Below are positions 18,663-26,632 of a stretch of DNA of 54,311 bases, in pieces (the first letter of the stretch is position 1; each line of letters opens with the position of its first letter). The notes below the pieces were generated by a model that made no database searches, had not been told where the DNA came from, and saw only the letters and a program-made list of their open reading frames with translations. Source of the DNA: an uncultured Gemmatimonadaceae bacterium. GTDB lineage: Bacteria; Gemmatimonadota; Gemmatimonadetes; Longimicrobiales; RSA9. The stretch is taken from assembly GCA_964384585.1 (NCBI GenBank), contig CAYLME010000001.1, forward strand, positions 1 through 54,311. The letters are read 5' to 3'. The translations under genes were made by a program, and so were the position numbers.

Positions 18663-20780
18663 TCAGGGCACCCAGCCCGACGAGTCCGCCGCCGGCTTCA
18701 TTCTTCCCGCGGCCATCAGCTGCGCCTGATCGAAGAAGTGTGGTGATGCAGGGTGGCCGCTCTGCCCGAACACCGTGACACTTCGCGACTGCGCGCGCGG
18801 TCCCAGCTCGACGACACTGCTCCACGTGATCCCGGTCGTCAGCTGACGTTGCTCGCCCCAGGCCGGGCCGTGTGGTGCCGCCCCGAACAGTGACCCGGTC
18901 CATGCCGGTGCGCCCGGCAGCGGCACGCCGGTGCTGTCACCGCCGGGAATCGCGCCTGCGCGCTCCAGGCGGTTCGCGGCACCCCACACCACGTCCTGAC
19001 GCTCCCAGCGTCGCTGCACGCGCTCCAGCGCCCATACGAGCGCATCCGTGAGCGGCCACTCGCGTGCCTGGCCGACGGTCGGGCTGCGCAGCCGTTCCTG
19101 CCACGTGACGAACCACGTCATCTCGGGCGAGTCGACGTCTGCCTCGCCGTCCCATTCGCGCAGCTGGTGTATCGCGTCATCCAGCGGCAGTACGCCCCAC
19201 GGATCGACGGCGCCGCGCTGCTCGTACTCGTTGATGAGCCGCCGGACGGCGACGTCGGCGAGCGGGACGTGCACGTCGAAGGCGACTGCCTCGAGTGTCC
19301 CGGCCGTCCACGCCTGCGCAGCGGCCATGAGCTGGCGCGCACGGAGCGCGCGTTGTGTGTCTCCTTCGGGCGCCATGTACCCGGGGTAGCTGTCGCGCGC
19401 CAGGTTGTACCCGGATGCCGTGACGAGGAATGGCGTGCCAGCGGCGCTCTGGATCCAGCCGCTTGCGGGATCGAGCAGTTCAGGCAGCTCCTCGAGCCGG
19501 TGGTAGCCGTCCCATGCGCTTGCTGGTGTACTGCCGTCCAGCGGGCCGGACGGATCGACGCTGTTGTGGCGCCGCGGGACTGCGCTGCCGTGCACGTAGT
19601 AGATGCTGCCGGCCGCATCCGCATAGGTCGTGTTGAGTCCGGTGAGTGCGGTGTGCGCGAGCGCGGCGCGGAACTCCTCGATCGACGTCGCGCGATTCAT
19701 CGCGTACCACTGCTGCAGCGAGCCGCCCTCCGTCATGCGCGCGAACTGCACGGCGATCGCCGTGGTGTCGTCGAGGCGGGCGACGACGGGCCCATACCCG
19801 GTTCGCAGGAAGGTGTACGGTCGCCGGACCACGCCGGTCGTCGTATTCACTGCGATCGTATCCGTGAACAGCTCCGCGCGGCGCCACTCTCCGTTCCAGC
19901 GGTACGCGAGCGGGTCGTCCGGGTTCGAGAAGCGCAGCAGCCACGCGTCCTGTGTGTCGCCACCGCCCTCAGTGTGAGCCCACGCGTGTCGCGGTCCATG
20001 CCCTGCGCGGATCACGGGCGTCCCCAGCGTCGCATAGCCACTGACCTGCCAGCCTTCGCCGCTGCGGAGATGCGCCTCGTACACGCGGCCCGCTCCGTAG
20101 AACGGCCGGTCGAGACTGTGCAGGAGGAGTGCGTGCTGCGTCTCCGAGCGACCGGGTGCGATCGCGATCGCGAGCGATGCTCGATCACCGTGTGCGCCCG
20201 TGGCCGCACTGTCGTAGCGGGCGAGTGCGGTTGCCGCGCCCGGTAGTGAGGCAGCGTCGACTTCCGCATCTCCGAGCACGACCCCGTCGACCACCGTACC
20301 GGGCGCCACGGCCCGCGCGAGTGCGAAGAGGTGCCAGGGCTCGAATCGGCCGAGCAGCCGTGGCCGCACGTCGGGATGCGTCGCTGCGTAATGGTTCATG
20401 CCGGCCGTGAACGCATCCCAGACGCGACGGCGCTCCGCCGGTTCCGCCTCGTACTCTGCGCGCGCGAGCCGCGGGACTTCGAATGCGGCCGCGATCAGGT
20501 CGCCCGCGAGTGACGCGTCACCGTAGAGGTTGGCTGCGCGGCCGATCGCATGGATGACGTCATCCTCGATCTGGCGGAATTCGTCCTGTGCCTGTGCGTA
20601 GCCGAGACCGAATGCGACGGCAGCGTCGGTCTCACCGTGAATGGTCGGTACGCCCCACGCGTCGCGCTCGATGGTGTAACGCCCCGCCTGTGCGGGGCCG
20701 CCGCCGCCGGTCAGGCGCTGCAGCGCGGTACACGAGGTCAGCAGCAGCAGCGCGGGCAGAATCAGTCGGGCCTTGAACAA
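18663..20780 (-). CDS. penicillin acylase (Ntn hydrolase) family lipoprotein, PvdQ/AHL-acylase-like
   Basis: The likely TTG start at 20780 lies 6 nt after a GGAGG and gives (M)FKARLILPALLLLTSC, which contains a lipobox. A GTG alternative exists at 20801. The internal segment SLAIAIAPGRSETQHALLLHSLDRPF aligns with the beta-subunit N-terminal Ser nucleophile region (SNAxAV...). The 892-aa track ORF extension is antisense to a real small gene. Confidence 0.7.
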   Translation of the reverse strand: MFKARLILPALLLLTSCTALQRLTGGGGPAQAGRYTIERDAWGVPTIHGETDAAVAFGLGYAQAQDEFRQIEDDVIHAIGRAANLYGDASLAGDLIAAAFEVPRLARAEYEAEPAERRRVWDAFTAGMNHYAATHPDVRPRLLGRFEPWHLFALARAVAPGTVVDGVVLGDAEVDAASLPGAATALARYDSAATGAHGDRASLAIAIAPGRSETQHALLLHSLDRPFYGAGRVYEAHLRSGEGWQVSGYATLGTPVIRAGHGPRHAWAHTEGGGDTQDAWLLRFSNPDDPLAYRWNGEWRRAELFTDTIAVNTTTGVVRRPYTFLRTGYGPVVARLDDTTAIAVQFARMTEGGSLQQWYAMNRATSIEEFRAALAHTALTGLNTTYADAAGSIYYVHGSAVPRRHNSVDPSGPLDGSTPASAWDGYHRLEELPELLDPASGWIQSAAGTPFLVTASGYNLARDSYPGYMAPEGDTQRALRARQLMAAAQAWTAGTLEAVAFDVHVPLADVAVRRLINEYEQRGAVDPWGVLPLDDAIHQLREWDGEADVDSPEMTWFVTWQERLRSPTVGQAREWPLTDALVWALERVQRRWERQDVVWGAANRLERAGAIPGGDSTGVPLPGAPAWTGSLFGAAPHGPAWGEQRQLTTGITWSSVVELGPRAQSRSVTVFGQSGHPASPHFFDQAQLMAAGRMKPAADSSGWVP

Positions 20781-21077
20781 ACGGGACCTCCGGTGATGCA
20801 CGATCCGCGTCCGGCACCGGCGGCGGCCGCCGGCGGGAGGCGCGAACGTACCTGCCGACGCCGCCCCGGTCCAGCGCCATGTGGTCGCATTCTGCCGCGG
20901 TCGATCCGGACTCTGCGTCGGCCCGGGATCCCGCATCGGGCGCTCCACCTGGCTGCAGGCGTCAGCGGGCGCCGGCGATCCCGGTGCTCCTGCCGATGGC
21001 CTCACACGCGAACGCCGCCTGAATCCGGCACGGATGTGCGCGCGTATGGTGAGGAGCACATTCGACCGGAGGGGTCC

Positions 21078-21272
21078 ATGGGTTTCAGGCTGTTGACGGG
21101 CGGCGTACTCGCGGTGATCGGTCTGATCACGGTCAAACTGCTGCTCGGGCTGTTCGGCTTCGTCGCTGGCGTGTTCGGGTTCCTGTTCTTCAAGGTCCTG
21201 CCGATCGTGCTGATCGGGTGGATCATCATGCGGGTCGTCAGAGCGTTCCGCGATCGGCCCGAGCACGCGTAA
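21078..21272 (+). CDS. small two-TM membrane protein (64 aa)
   Basis: A GGAGGGG RBS precedes the ATG. The sequence is MGFRLLTGGVLAVIGLITVKLLLGLFGFVAGVFGFLFFKVLPIVLIGWIIMRVV. A hairpin follows the gene. Confidence 0.55.
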   Translation: MGFRLLTGGVLAVIGLITVKLLLGLFGFVAGVFGFLFFKVLPIVLIGWIIMRVVRAFRDRPEHA

Positions 21273-21291
21273 ACGACAGTGAAGTAAGCAG

Positions 21292-21325
21292 AACGGCCGC
21301 CCGCGCTGCTCCGTGGGCGGCCGTT
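21292..21325 (+). terminator. hairpin terminator after the small membrane protein gene
   Basis: A perfect 11-bp stem forms between AACGGCCGCCC (21292-21302) and GGGCGGCCGTT (21315-21325), followed by a weak T-tract. Confidence 0.5.
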
Positions 21326-21408
21326 TCGTGCTGGTGGGCATCCGGCTTGCATTCTCTTCGCGCGCGTGCGGCTGAAGTCAATACAAACCTGTTGGGAAAG
21401 GGACTCCC

Positions 21409-21666
21409 ATGAGCATCCTCTGGATGATCCTGATCGGCCTTATCGCCGGTGCGATCGCGAAGCTGATCATGCCGGGCAAGGATCCGGGCGGCATCATCGT
21501 CACGATCATCATCGGTATCATCGGCTCGGTGATCGGCGGCTTTATCCTCGGCATGTTCTCCGGTGAGCGCGGCTTCGGCCCTGCCGGTATCATCGGTTCG
21601 ATTCTCGGCGCTCTGCTCGTGCTCTGGGTCTACCGGAGGTTCGCGGCGCGGTCGACGACCGTATAG
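21409..21666 (+). CDS. GlsB/YeaQ/YmgE-family stress membrane protein (transglycosylase-associated)
   Basis: MSILWMILIGLIAGAIAKLIMPGKDPGGIIVTIIIGIIGSVIGGFI is the hallmark pattern of this family. Confidence 0.85.
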   Translation: MSILWMILIGLIAGAIAKLIMPGKDPGGIIVTIIIGIIGSVIGGFILGMFSGERGFGPAGIIGSILGALLVLWVYRRFAARSTTV

Positions 21667-21669
21667 CGG

Positions 21670-22605
21670 TCAGAACTCGCCGATGAATCCGATTTCGGTG
21701 CGCAGCTCGTAACCGAGCTCACGTGCGACTGTCTCCTGGGCGAGGTCGATCAGGCCCCGCACCTCGGCGGCAGTCGCACCGCCGAAATTCACGATGATGT
21801 TCGCATGCTTGTGGAAGATGCCCGCATTGCCGAGCACGCGACCCTTCAATCCTACCTGATCGATCAGCCGCCCCGCACCCACCCCTTCGATCTTCTGGAA
21901 GATCGATCCCGCACTCGGGTATAGCCACAGGTCGGGGTGTCGCTCGTCTCGCCATGCCAGGTTCTCGCGCATGTTCCAGCGCAACCACTCGGAATCAGCC
22001 GGCGTCAGACGGAACGTCGCACTCAGCACGATGTCGTTTCGGTCGTGCAGGATGCTGTAGTCGTAGCCGAACCGGAAGTACTCCCTGTCGACCGTGCTGC
22101 GCTCGCCTTCCTCGGTCAGGATCTCGGCTGATTCGAGGACCTCTTCGATGAAGCAGGTGCGCTCACGCTCGGGCGGTGGCGACAGGAAGTGCAGGTTCTG
22201 CCACAGCGCCCCGCCCACGGTACTCGGAATCCCGACATAGTGCTGCAGTCCCTCCAGACCGTGCGCGACCGACTCGACGATCAGGTGCGGAAACACCTGC
22301 ACTCCTGCACCCGCACGCACACGTACGTCGTCGATGAACTCGATGCCGTCCACCTCACAACGGATCACGACGCCGCGGAATCCGCGGTCACCTACGAGGA
22401 TGTTGGCACCAGTCCCGAGCAGGAAGTGCGGCAGCTCGATCTCGCGCGCTGCGAGCACCGCAGCTGCAAGCTCATCCGCATTGCGCGCGCGATAGAACAG
22501 GTCGGCCCGCCCGCCGATCCTGAACGTCGTGTATGGCGCGAGCGGCACATCCCGCTCGATGCAGTCGTTCCCGACGCGCGCTATGAACGCTTCCTGCTTT
22601 GTCAT
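21670..22605 (-). CDS. murB: UDP-N-acetylenolpyruvoylglucosamine reductase
   Basis: Motifs present are APYTTFRIGGRADLF, LLGTGANILV, AGSIFQ and NFGGATAAEV. I place the start at the ATG at 22605 (MTKQEAF...). Confidence 0.85.
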   Translation of the reverse strand: MTKQEAFIARVGNDCIERDVPLAPYTTFRIGGRADLFYRARNADELAAAVLAAREIELPHFLLGTGANILVGDRGFRGVVIRCEVDGIEFIDDVRVRAGAGVQVFPHLIVESVAHGLEGLQHYVGIPSTVGGALWQNLHFLSPPPERERTCFIEEVLESAEILTEEGERSTVDREYFRFGYDYSILHDRNDIVLSATFRLTPADSEWLRWNMRENLAWRDERHPDLWLYPSAGSIFQKIEGVGAGRLIDQVGLKGRVLGNAGIFHKHANIIVNFGGATAAEVRGLIDLAQETVARELGYELRTEIGFIGEF

Positions 22606-22701
22606 CCGATCGATCCCATTGACGGCACTGTGTGAACCGGGCAGTCGCTCCTTCACGTCATTCTACACCGTCACGACCCGTGCCAACCACCCATCATCAA
22701 G

Positions 22702-22731
22702 AAGGGGCGTGCCCGTACGGACACGCCCCTT
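22702..22731 (-). terminator. hairpin terminator downstream of the SWIB gene
   Basis: A perfect 10-bp stem forms between AAGGGGCGTG (22702-22711) and CACGCCCCTT (22722-22731), located 23 nt past the stop codon. Confidence 0.5.
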
Positions 22732-22753
22732 CCTGCAACAGCATGAACGACGA

Positions 22754-23320
22754 CTACTTGAGGTGCTTGTTCACCAGCGCGGTCATCTCGAACATCGAGA
22801 CCTTGCTCTTGCCACCGAAGACCTTCTTCAGCTTGTCATCGGCGTTGATCATGCGGCGCTCACGCGCATCCTGCAGCCCATTGCGCTTGATGTACGCCCA
22901 GACCTTCTTCGTGACCTCGGTGCGCGGCATCGGCGTATCGCCGACCACCGCACCCAGCTCCGAGCTCGGCGTCATCGGCTTCATGAATGCCGGGTTCGGT
23001 GCACGCTTGCGAGTGGACTTCTTGGCAGCCTTCTTCGCCGTCTTCCTGGCGGCCTTCTTCGCAGGCGACTTCTTCGCTGCCGACTTCTTCGCGGCCTTCT
23101 TCGCAGTCTTCTTCGCTGCACCGCGACGCGCTGTCGACTTCTTGGCTGCACTGCGACGCGTCGTCTTCTTCGCTGCGCCGCGCTTCGCCGTCTTCTTCGC
23201 TGCGCCGCGCTTCGCGGTCTTCTTCGCAGCACCGCGCTTCGCGGTCTTCTTGGCAGCCTTCTTTGCCGGCCGCCTTGCGCTCTTCTTCGCCGCCTTCTTC
23301 GCGGCCTTCCTCGTCGCCAT
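22754..23320 (-). CDS. histone-H1-like Lys/Ala-rich tail fused to a SWIB/MDM2 domain (putative nucleoid-associated protein)
   Basis: The ATG at 23320 lies 6 nt after a GGAG. The first roughly 100 aa are AKK/KKA repeats (MATRKAAKKAAKKSARRPAKKAAKKTAKRGAAKK...). The C-terminus reads MKPMTPSSELGAVVGDTPMPRTEVTKKVWAYIKRNGLQD...INADDKLKKVFG...SMFEMTALVNKHL, which matches the SWIB-domain consensus. Confidence 0.8.
   Translation of the reverse strand: MATRKAAKKAAKKSARRPAKKAAKKTAKRGAAKKTAKRGAAKKTAKRGAAKKTTRRSAAKKSTARRGAAKKTAKKAAKKSAAKKSPAKKAARKTAKKAAKKSTRKRAPNPAFMKPMTPSSELGAVVGDTPMPRTEVTKKVWAYIKRNGLQDARERRMINADDKLKKVFGGKSKVSMFEMTALVNKHLK
23175..23255. repeat. 3 x 27-bp in-frame tandem repeat inside the SWIB gene
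   Basis: The units span 23175-23201, 23202-23228 and 23229-23255 (GCGCCGCGCTTCGCSGTCTTCTTCGCW). Each encodes AAKKTAKRG. Confidence 0.8.
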
Positions 23321-23363
23321 GTACATCTCCTGGTTGGGTGAGTGAGAGCTGTGGCGATCATCT

Positions 23364-23439
23364 CTCTGGTGGGCACAAAAATGCTTAGCTTCCCTCTGGT
23401 ACGCAACAATTAAATTGCGCCCTCGCCACTCTGGTGGGC
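23364..23439. promoter_or_regulatory. three direct repeats, CTCTGGT(G/A)(G/C)GC, in the divergent SWIB/PPTase intergenic region
   Basis: CTCTGGTGGGC occurs at 23364-23374, CTCTGGTACGC at 23394-23404 and CTCTGGTGGGC at 23429-23439. The spacings are 30 and 35 bp, within a locally AT-richer spacer. Confidence 0.3.
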
Positions 23440-23452
23440 GCGTGGTTCCCGG

Positions 23453-24238
23453 ATGCAGAACCGGAGGGACGTGGAAGTGGTGAGCGAGGAGCACAGCAGC
23501 AACCGTCCGGACGCATGGCGGAAGGTGCACGAGTCGCCTCCCCTCGGAGAGGACGATGTGCATGTCTGGCTCGTGCGTGTGCCGCCTGCCCGTGAGGGTG
23601 AATTGCCACTTCCGGACAGGCCGTCGCGAGTGCCCACACTCTCGAGCGGAGGGCCGCCGCCGCTCTCGAGCGACGAACTGGCGCGTGCACGCTCGCTTGC
23701 TGAACCGGCCCGCTCGCGCTTCGTGGCCGCGCGTACCGCACTGCGTGAGCGCCTGGCCGACTACCTCGGATGCGCCGCCTGTGACGTCGGTTTCGACTAT
23801 GGCGACATGGGGAAACCGCACCTGCGGACGCATGAGCGCCTGCACTTCAGTGTCGCACACGCCGGTGACCTCGCCCTCCTCGCCTTTGCCCGCGCGGCCC
23901 CCGTGGGCGTCGACATCGAGCGCCTGCGCACGGTGGCCAGACGCGAGCGCATCGCGCGCCGTGTGCTCGCAGCGGACTCTGCCGAAGCGCTCATGGGCGT
24001 GTCACCCCAGGAACGGGACGAGGCATTCGTCTGGGCGTGGACGCAAAGGGAGGCGTATGTGAAGGCGATCGGCAGCGGTGTACTGCGCTCGCCGGACCCG
24101 CTGCCCTTCGTGTGGCCGCCGCGTGCATACGGCAGTGCGGGCTGGCAGGTGACGCCGATTCCCATCGTCGCCGGCTACCACGCGTGCCTCGTCGTGCACG
24201 GCCCGCCGCGCACGGTGGAGTTGTTGCGAAGCTTCTAG
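23453..24238 (+). CDS. 4'-phosphopantetheinyl transferase, Sfp type
   Basis: Motifs present are GKPHL, HFSVAHAGDLAL, VGVDIERL and WTQREAYVKAIG. The start codon is uncertain. Confidence 0.8.
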   Translation: MQNRRDVEVVSEEHSSNRPDAWRKVHESPPLGEDDVHVWLVRVPPAREGELPLPDRPSRVPTLSSGGPPPLSSDELARARSLAEPARSRFVAARTALRERLADYLGCAACDVGFDYGDMGKPHLRTHERLHFSVAHAGDLALLAFARAAPVGVDIERLRTVARRERIARRVLAADSAEALMGVSPQERDEAFVWAWTQREAYVKAIGSGVLRSPDPLPFVWPPRAYGSAGWQVTPIPIVAGYHACLVVHGPPRTVELLRSF

Positions 24239-24245
24239 GGCGAGC

Positions 24246-25157
24246 TCAGGGCATCTTCCGCGCGATCACACTGCCCAGCCGGATCGCGTCGCCGGCGGTC
24301 AGTTGCTCGAGCTGCACACTGCTCTCGAACAGCAGTACGACCGTCGAGCCGAGATGGAACGCCATGAGCTCGGCGCCCCGCGCGACCTCGACGCCCGGCT
24401 CGTAGCGACGCTCCTCGATGGCGTGCGTGCCGCGGTTCGTGACCCAGCCGTGCGGGCCGCCGTTCCACACCGGATCGAACGCCGCGGAAATGCGTCCCAC
24501 GTTGTACGCGCCCACAGCCACGACTGCGACCCTGCCGAGATCGCTGTCGATCGTGCAGAGGAGGCGCTCGTTGCGGGGGAACAGCCGATCGACGTGCGTG
24601 ACGGCAGGTGCGTTCACCGGGAAGAGCGCGCCGGGCACGTGGCGCGCGCGCCGGATCACGCCCCCGCAGGGTGCGTGGATGCGATGGTAGTGCCGCGGAC
24701 TGAGGTAGAGAGTGAGAAACGCGCCGTCGTCATAGCGCCGGGCTTCCTCCTCCTCGGCGAGCAGGTCCCGAACGGTGTACGTGCGTCCCTTTGCCTGCAG
24801 CAGTGTGCCACCCCGTATCGTACCCGACTGACCGACGACGCCGTCCACCGGTGATCCTGCGACGTCTGCCGCCTCCGGCCACGACCGTACACCGGGCCGG
24901 AGGCGGCGAACGAAGAACCGGTTGATCGAGGGATACTCCTCGAGCGGCAGCTCGGCCTCGGTGGTGTCGATGCCCGTCGCGCGCGCGAAGGCGCCGAGCA
25001 CTGCCCGTCGGACGCGCCGTGGCAGCGGCGTATCAGCGATACGTCCGAAGCCGCGCGAGAAGAGTCCCTGCGGCAGGTAACCCATGAGGCGCAGCGTCGC
25101 ACGCCAGTGCATGGGCGGCAGGTCGGGCGAAACGTCGGGTATTCTCTCTTCGGTCAC
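24246..25157 (-). CDS. psd: phosphatidylserine decarboxylase proenzyme
   Basis: Motifs present are FLTLYLSPRHYHRIHAPCGG and the self-cleavage site FHLGSTVVLLF. The GTG start overlaps the stop of the upstream GT4 gene (GTGA). Confidence 0.85.
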   Translation of the reverse strand: MTEERIPDVSPDLPPMHWRATLRLMGYLPQGLFSRGFGRIADTPLPRRVRRAVLGAFARATGIDTTEAELPLEEYPSINRFFVRRLRPGVRSWPEAADVAGSPVDGVVGQSGTIRGGTLLQAKGRTYTVRDLLAEEEEARRYDDGAFLTLYLSPRHYHRIHAPCGGVIRRARHVPGALFPVNAPAVTHVDRLFPRNERLLCTIDSDLGRVAVVAVGAYNVGRISAAFDPVWNGGPHGWVTNRGTHAIEERRYEPGVEVARGAELMAFHLGSTVVLLFESSVQLEQLTAGDAIRLGSVIARKMP

Positions 25158-26632
25158 GGCTCGGCCGACTGTTCAGCACCCTCGACGACCGCCTGGCAGA
25201 GCTCCAGCCAGTGCCGCAGCTGCGTGAAGATCATGAACTCGTCGTGCGCACGACGCTGGGCGTTGCGGCCCCAGCGTGCGCGTTCTTCTGGCTGATGCAG
25301 CATGGCCGTGAGAATGCCTGCCAGCTCTTCCACATTCTCCGGGTCCTGCACCAGCCGGCCGTGCTCGCCATCCACGATCTGGAGGCGCGGGCCAACCGCG
25401 CTGGCGCTGGTCAGTACGGGCATCCGCTTCCACATCGCCTCGGCGACGGTCAGACCGAAGCCCTCGCGCAGCGAGTTCTGCACGACGATCGTAGACGCGC
25501 GTTGGAGCGCGTTCACAAGCAGCGCGTTCTCTCTGCGTGATTCCATCGGCAGAAGCAGAATCGCGATATCCTCCTGCGTCCCGGCCGGCAGGTCGGCGTA
25601 GGCGCGGACCAGTGCGTCGAGCACGGCGCGTGCTTCCGGGTCGTCGGCCACGGAGCCGATCACGGGTCCGACCAGGACGAGGCGCGCGAGCAATGCACGG
25701 CGCCGTGCGATTCCCGTCTGTGATGCGGCCTGCGCCTTCATCCTTACGAATGCGTGCATCAGCGGGAGGAAGCCCTTGAGGCGGTCCCAGCGGGATACCT
25801 GCAGCACGATGGGGCGGGTAAGCAGCCCGATGTCCCCCATCTCTGCGGCCTTGACGGGCTCGCCCGACGAGCTGATGCGCTGTGCCTGGTGCTCGAACGA
25901 CGCCTGCACGATCGGCCCTGCGCTCGAGAGTCCGCCACTCACGAGCGTGCAGACCACCCCGTGCAGGCTCAGCTCCACGTTCTTCGGCGCGAGCGGATCG
26001 ATCGCGGGATGAATGATCGTCGCCCGACTCTCCATCGATGCGGGCACGTACTCCGGCGCGGAGAAGATGACACGGTCCACGGCGTCCGCGTAGCGCTCGA
26101 GGAGCTGCCACGCCGCCGTCGTGCGCGGTGTGTGCTCGTCCAGTCCGATGTGGCAGCGCCAGAGCAGATGCACATCGGCTCCCGCGCGCAGCAACGGCGC
26201 CATGGGCAGCGTCTGCGGATCGTGCAGCGCCACGATGTCACCCGGCTTCAGCTGCCGCAGCAGTTCCTGCGCGTTACGCCGGTTCACGTCCTCGTAGATG
26301 CGGACGTCCTCGGGCGTGATCACGGGCTCGCCCGCATCGTGGATCAGGTTGTGGATACGCTTGGTGAACTCGAAGAAACGCGGATCGGCGGATTCGATCA
26401 CCGCCCACTGCACCTTCAGTCCCAGGTCACGCAGCAGGGTGATCATTGCGGGCAGCATTTCCGCGACACCGCCCCCCTGCGCGGTCGAGTTGACCATCCA
26501 CAGTGTGCGCCCCTCGAGCGAGGGCAGCGTCCGCTGCGCCAGGGCCCTGAGCGCCGCAACCGGCGCCGCCAGGTGCGCTACGGCCGCATGCTCGTCCAGC
26601 CTCGGCAGCGAGTTGATCTCAGCGATCCGCAC
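25154..26632 (-). CDS. GT4 glycosyltransferase, trehalose glycosyltransferring synthase (TreT)-like
   Basis: Motifs VNSTAQGGGVAEMLP, LLWRCHIGLD, VLQVSRWDRLKG and VQNSLREGFGLTVAEAMWKRMPV match, from memory, the archaeal/bacterial TreT pattern (VNST..GGGVAE, WRCHID, Q.S.REGFGLTV.EAMWK). The sugar specificity is not established. Confidence 0.6.
   Translation of the reverse strand: MRIAEINSLPRLDEHAAVAHLAAPVAALRALAQRTLPSLEGRTLWMVNSTAQGGGVAEMLPAMITLLRDLGLKVQWAVIESADPRFFEFTKRIHNLIHDAGEPVITPEDVRIYEDVNRRNAQELLRQLKPGDIVALHDPQTLPMAPLLRAGADVHLLWRCHIGLDEHTPRTTAAWQLLERYADAVDRVIFSAPEYVPASMESRATIIHPAIDPLAPKNVELSLHGVVCTLVSGGLSSAGPIVQASFEHQAQRISSSGEPVKAAEMGDIGLLTRPIVLQVSRWDRLKGFLPLMHAFVRMKAQAASQTGIARRRALLARLVLVGPVIGSVADDPEARAVLDALVRAYADLPAGTQEDIAILLLPMESRRENALLVNALQRASTIVVQNSLREGFGLTVAEAMWKRMPVLTSASAVGPRLQIVDGEHGRLVQDPENVEELAGILTAMLHQPEERARWGRNAQRRAHDEFMIFTQLRHWLELCQAVVEGAEQSAEP

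Noticed and set aside
20781-21341. The N-terminal 187-aa extension of the penicillin-acylase ORF (the track gives 892 aa)
   Set aside because: The extension is low-complexity and antisense to a well-supported small membrane-protein gene with its own RBS and terminator. A GGAGG-TTG (or GTG) start that gives a canonical lipoprotein signal sits at 20780/20801.
23020-23320. A periodic repeat tract that could be mistaken for a CRISPR-like or satellite array, plus alternative-frame ORFs at 22981-23409 and 22987-23388
   Set aside because: The repeats are in frame and encode the Lys/Ala tail of the SWIB protein. There are no unique spacers, and the alternative frames are by-products of the repeat.
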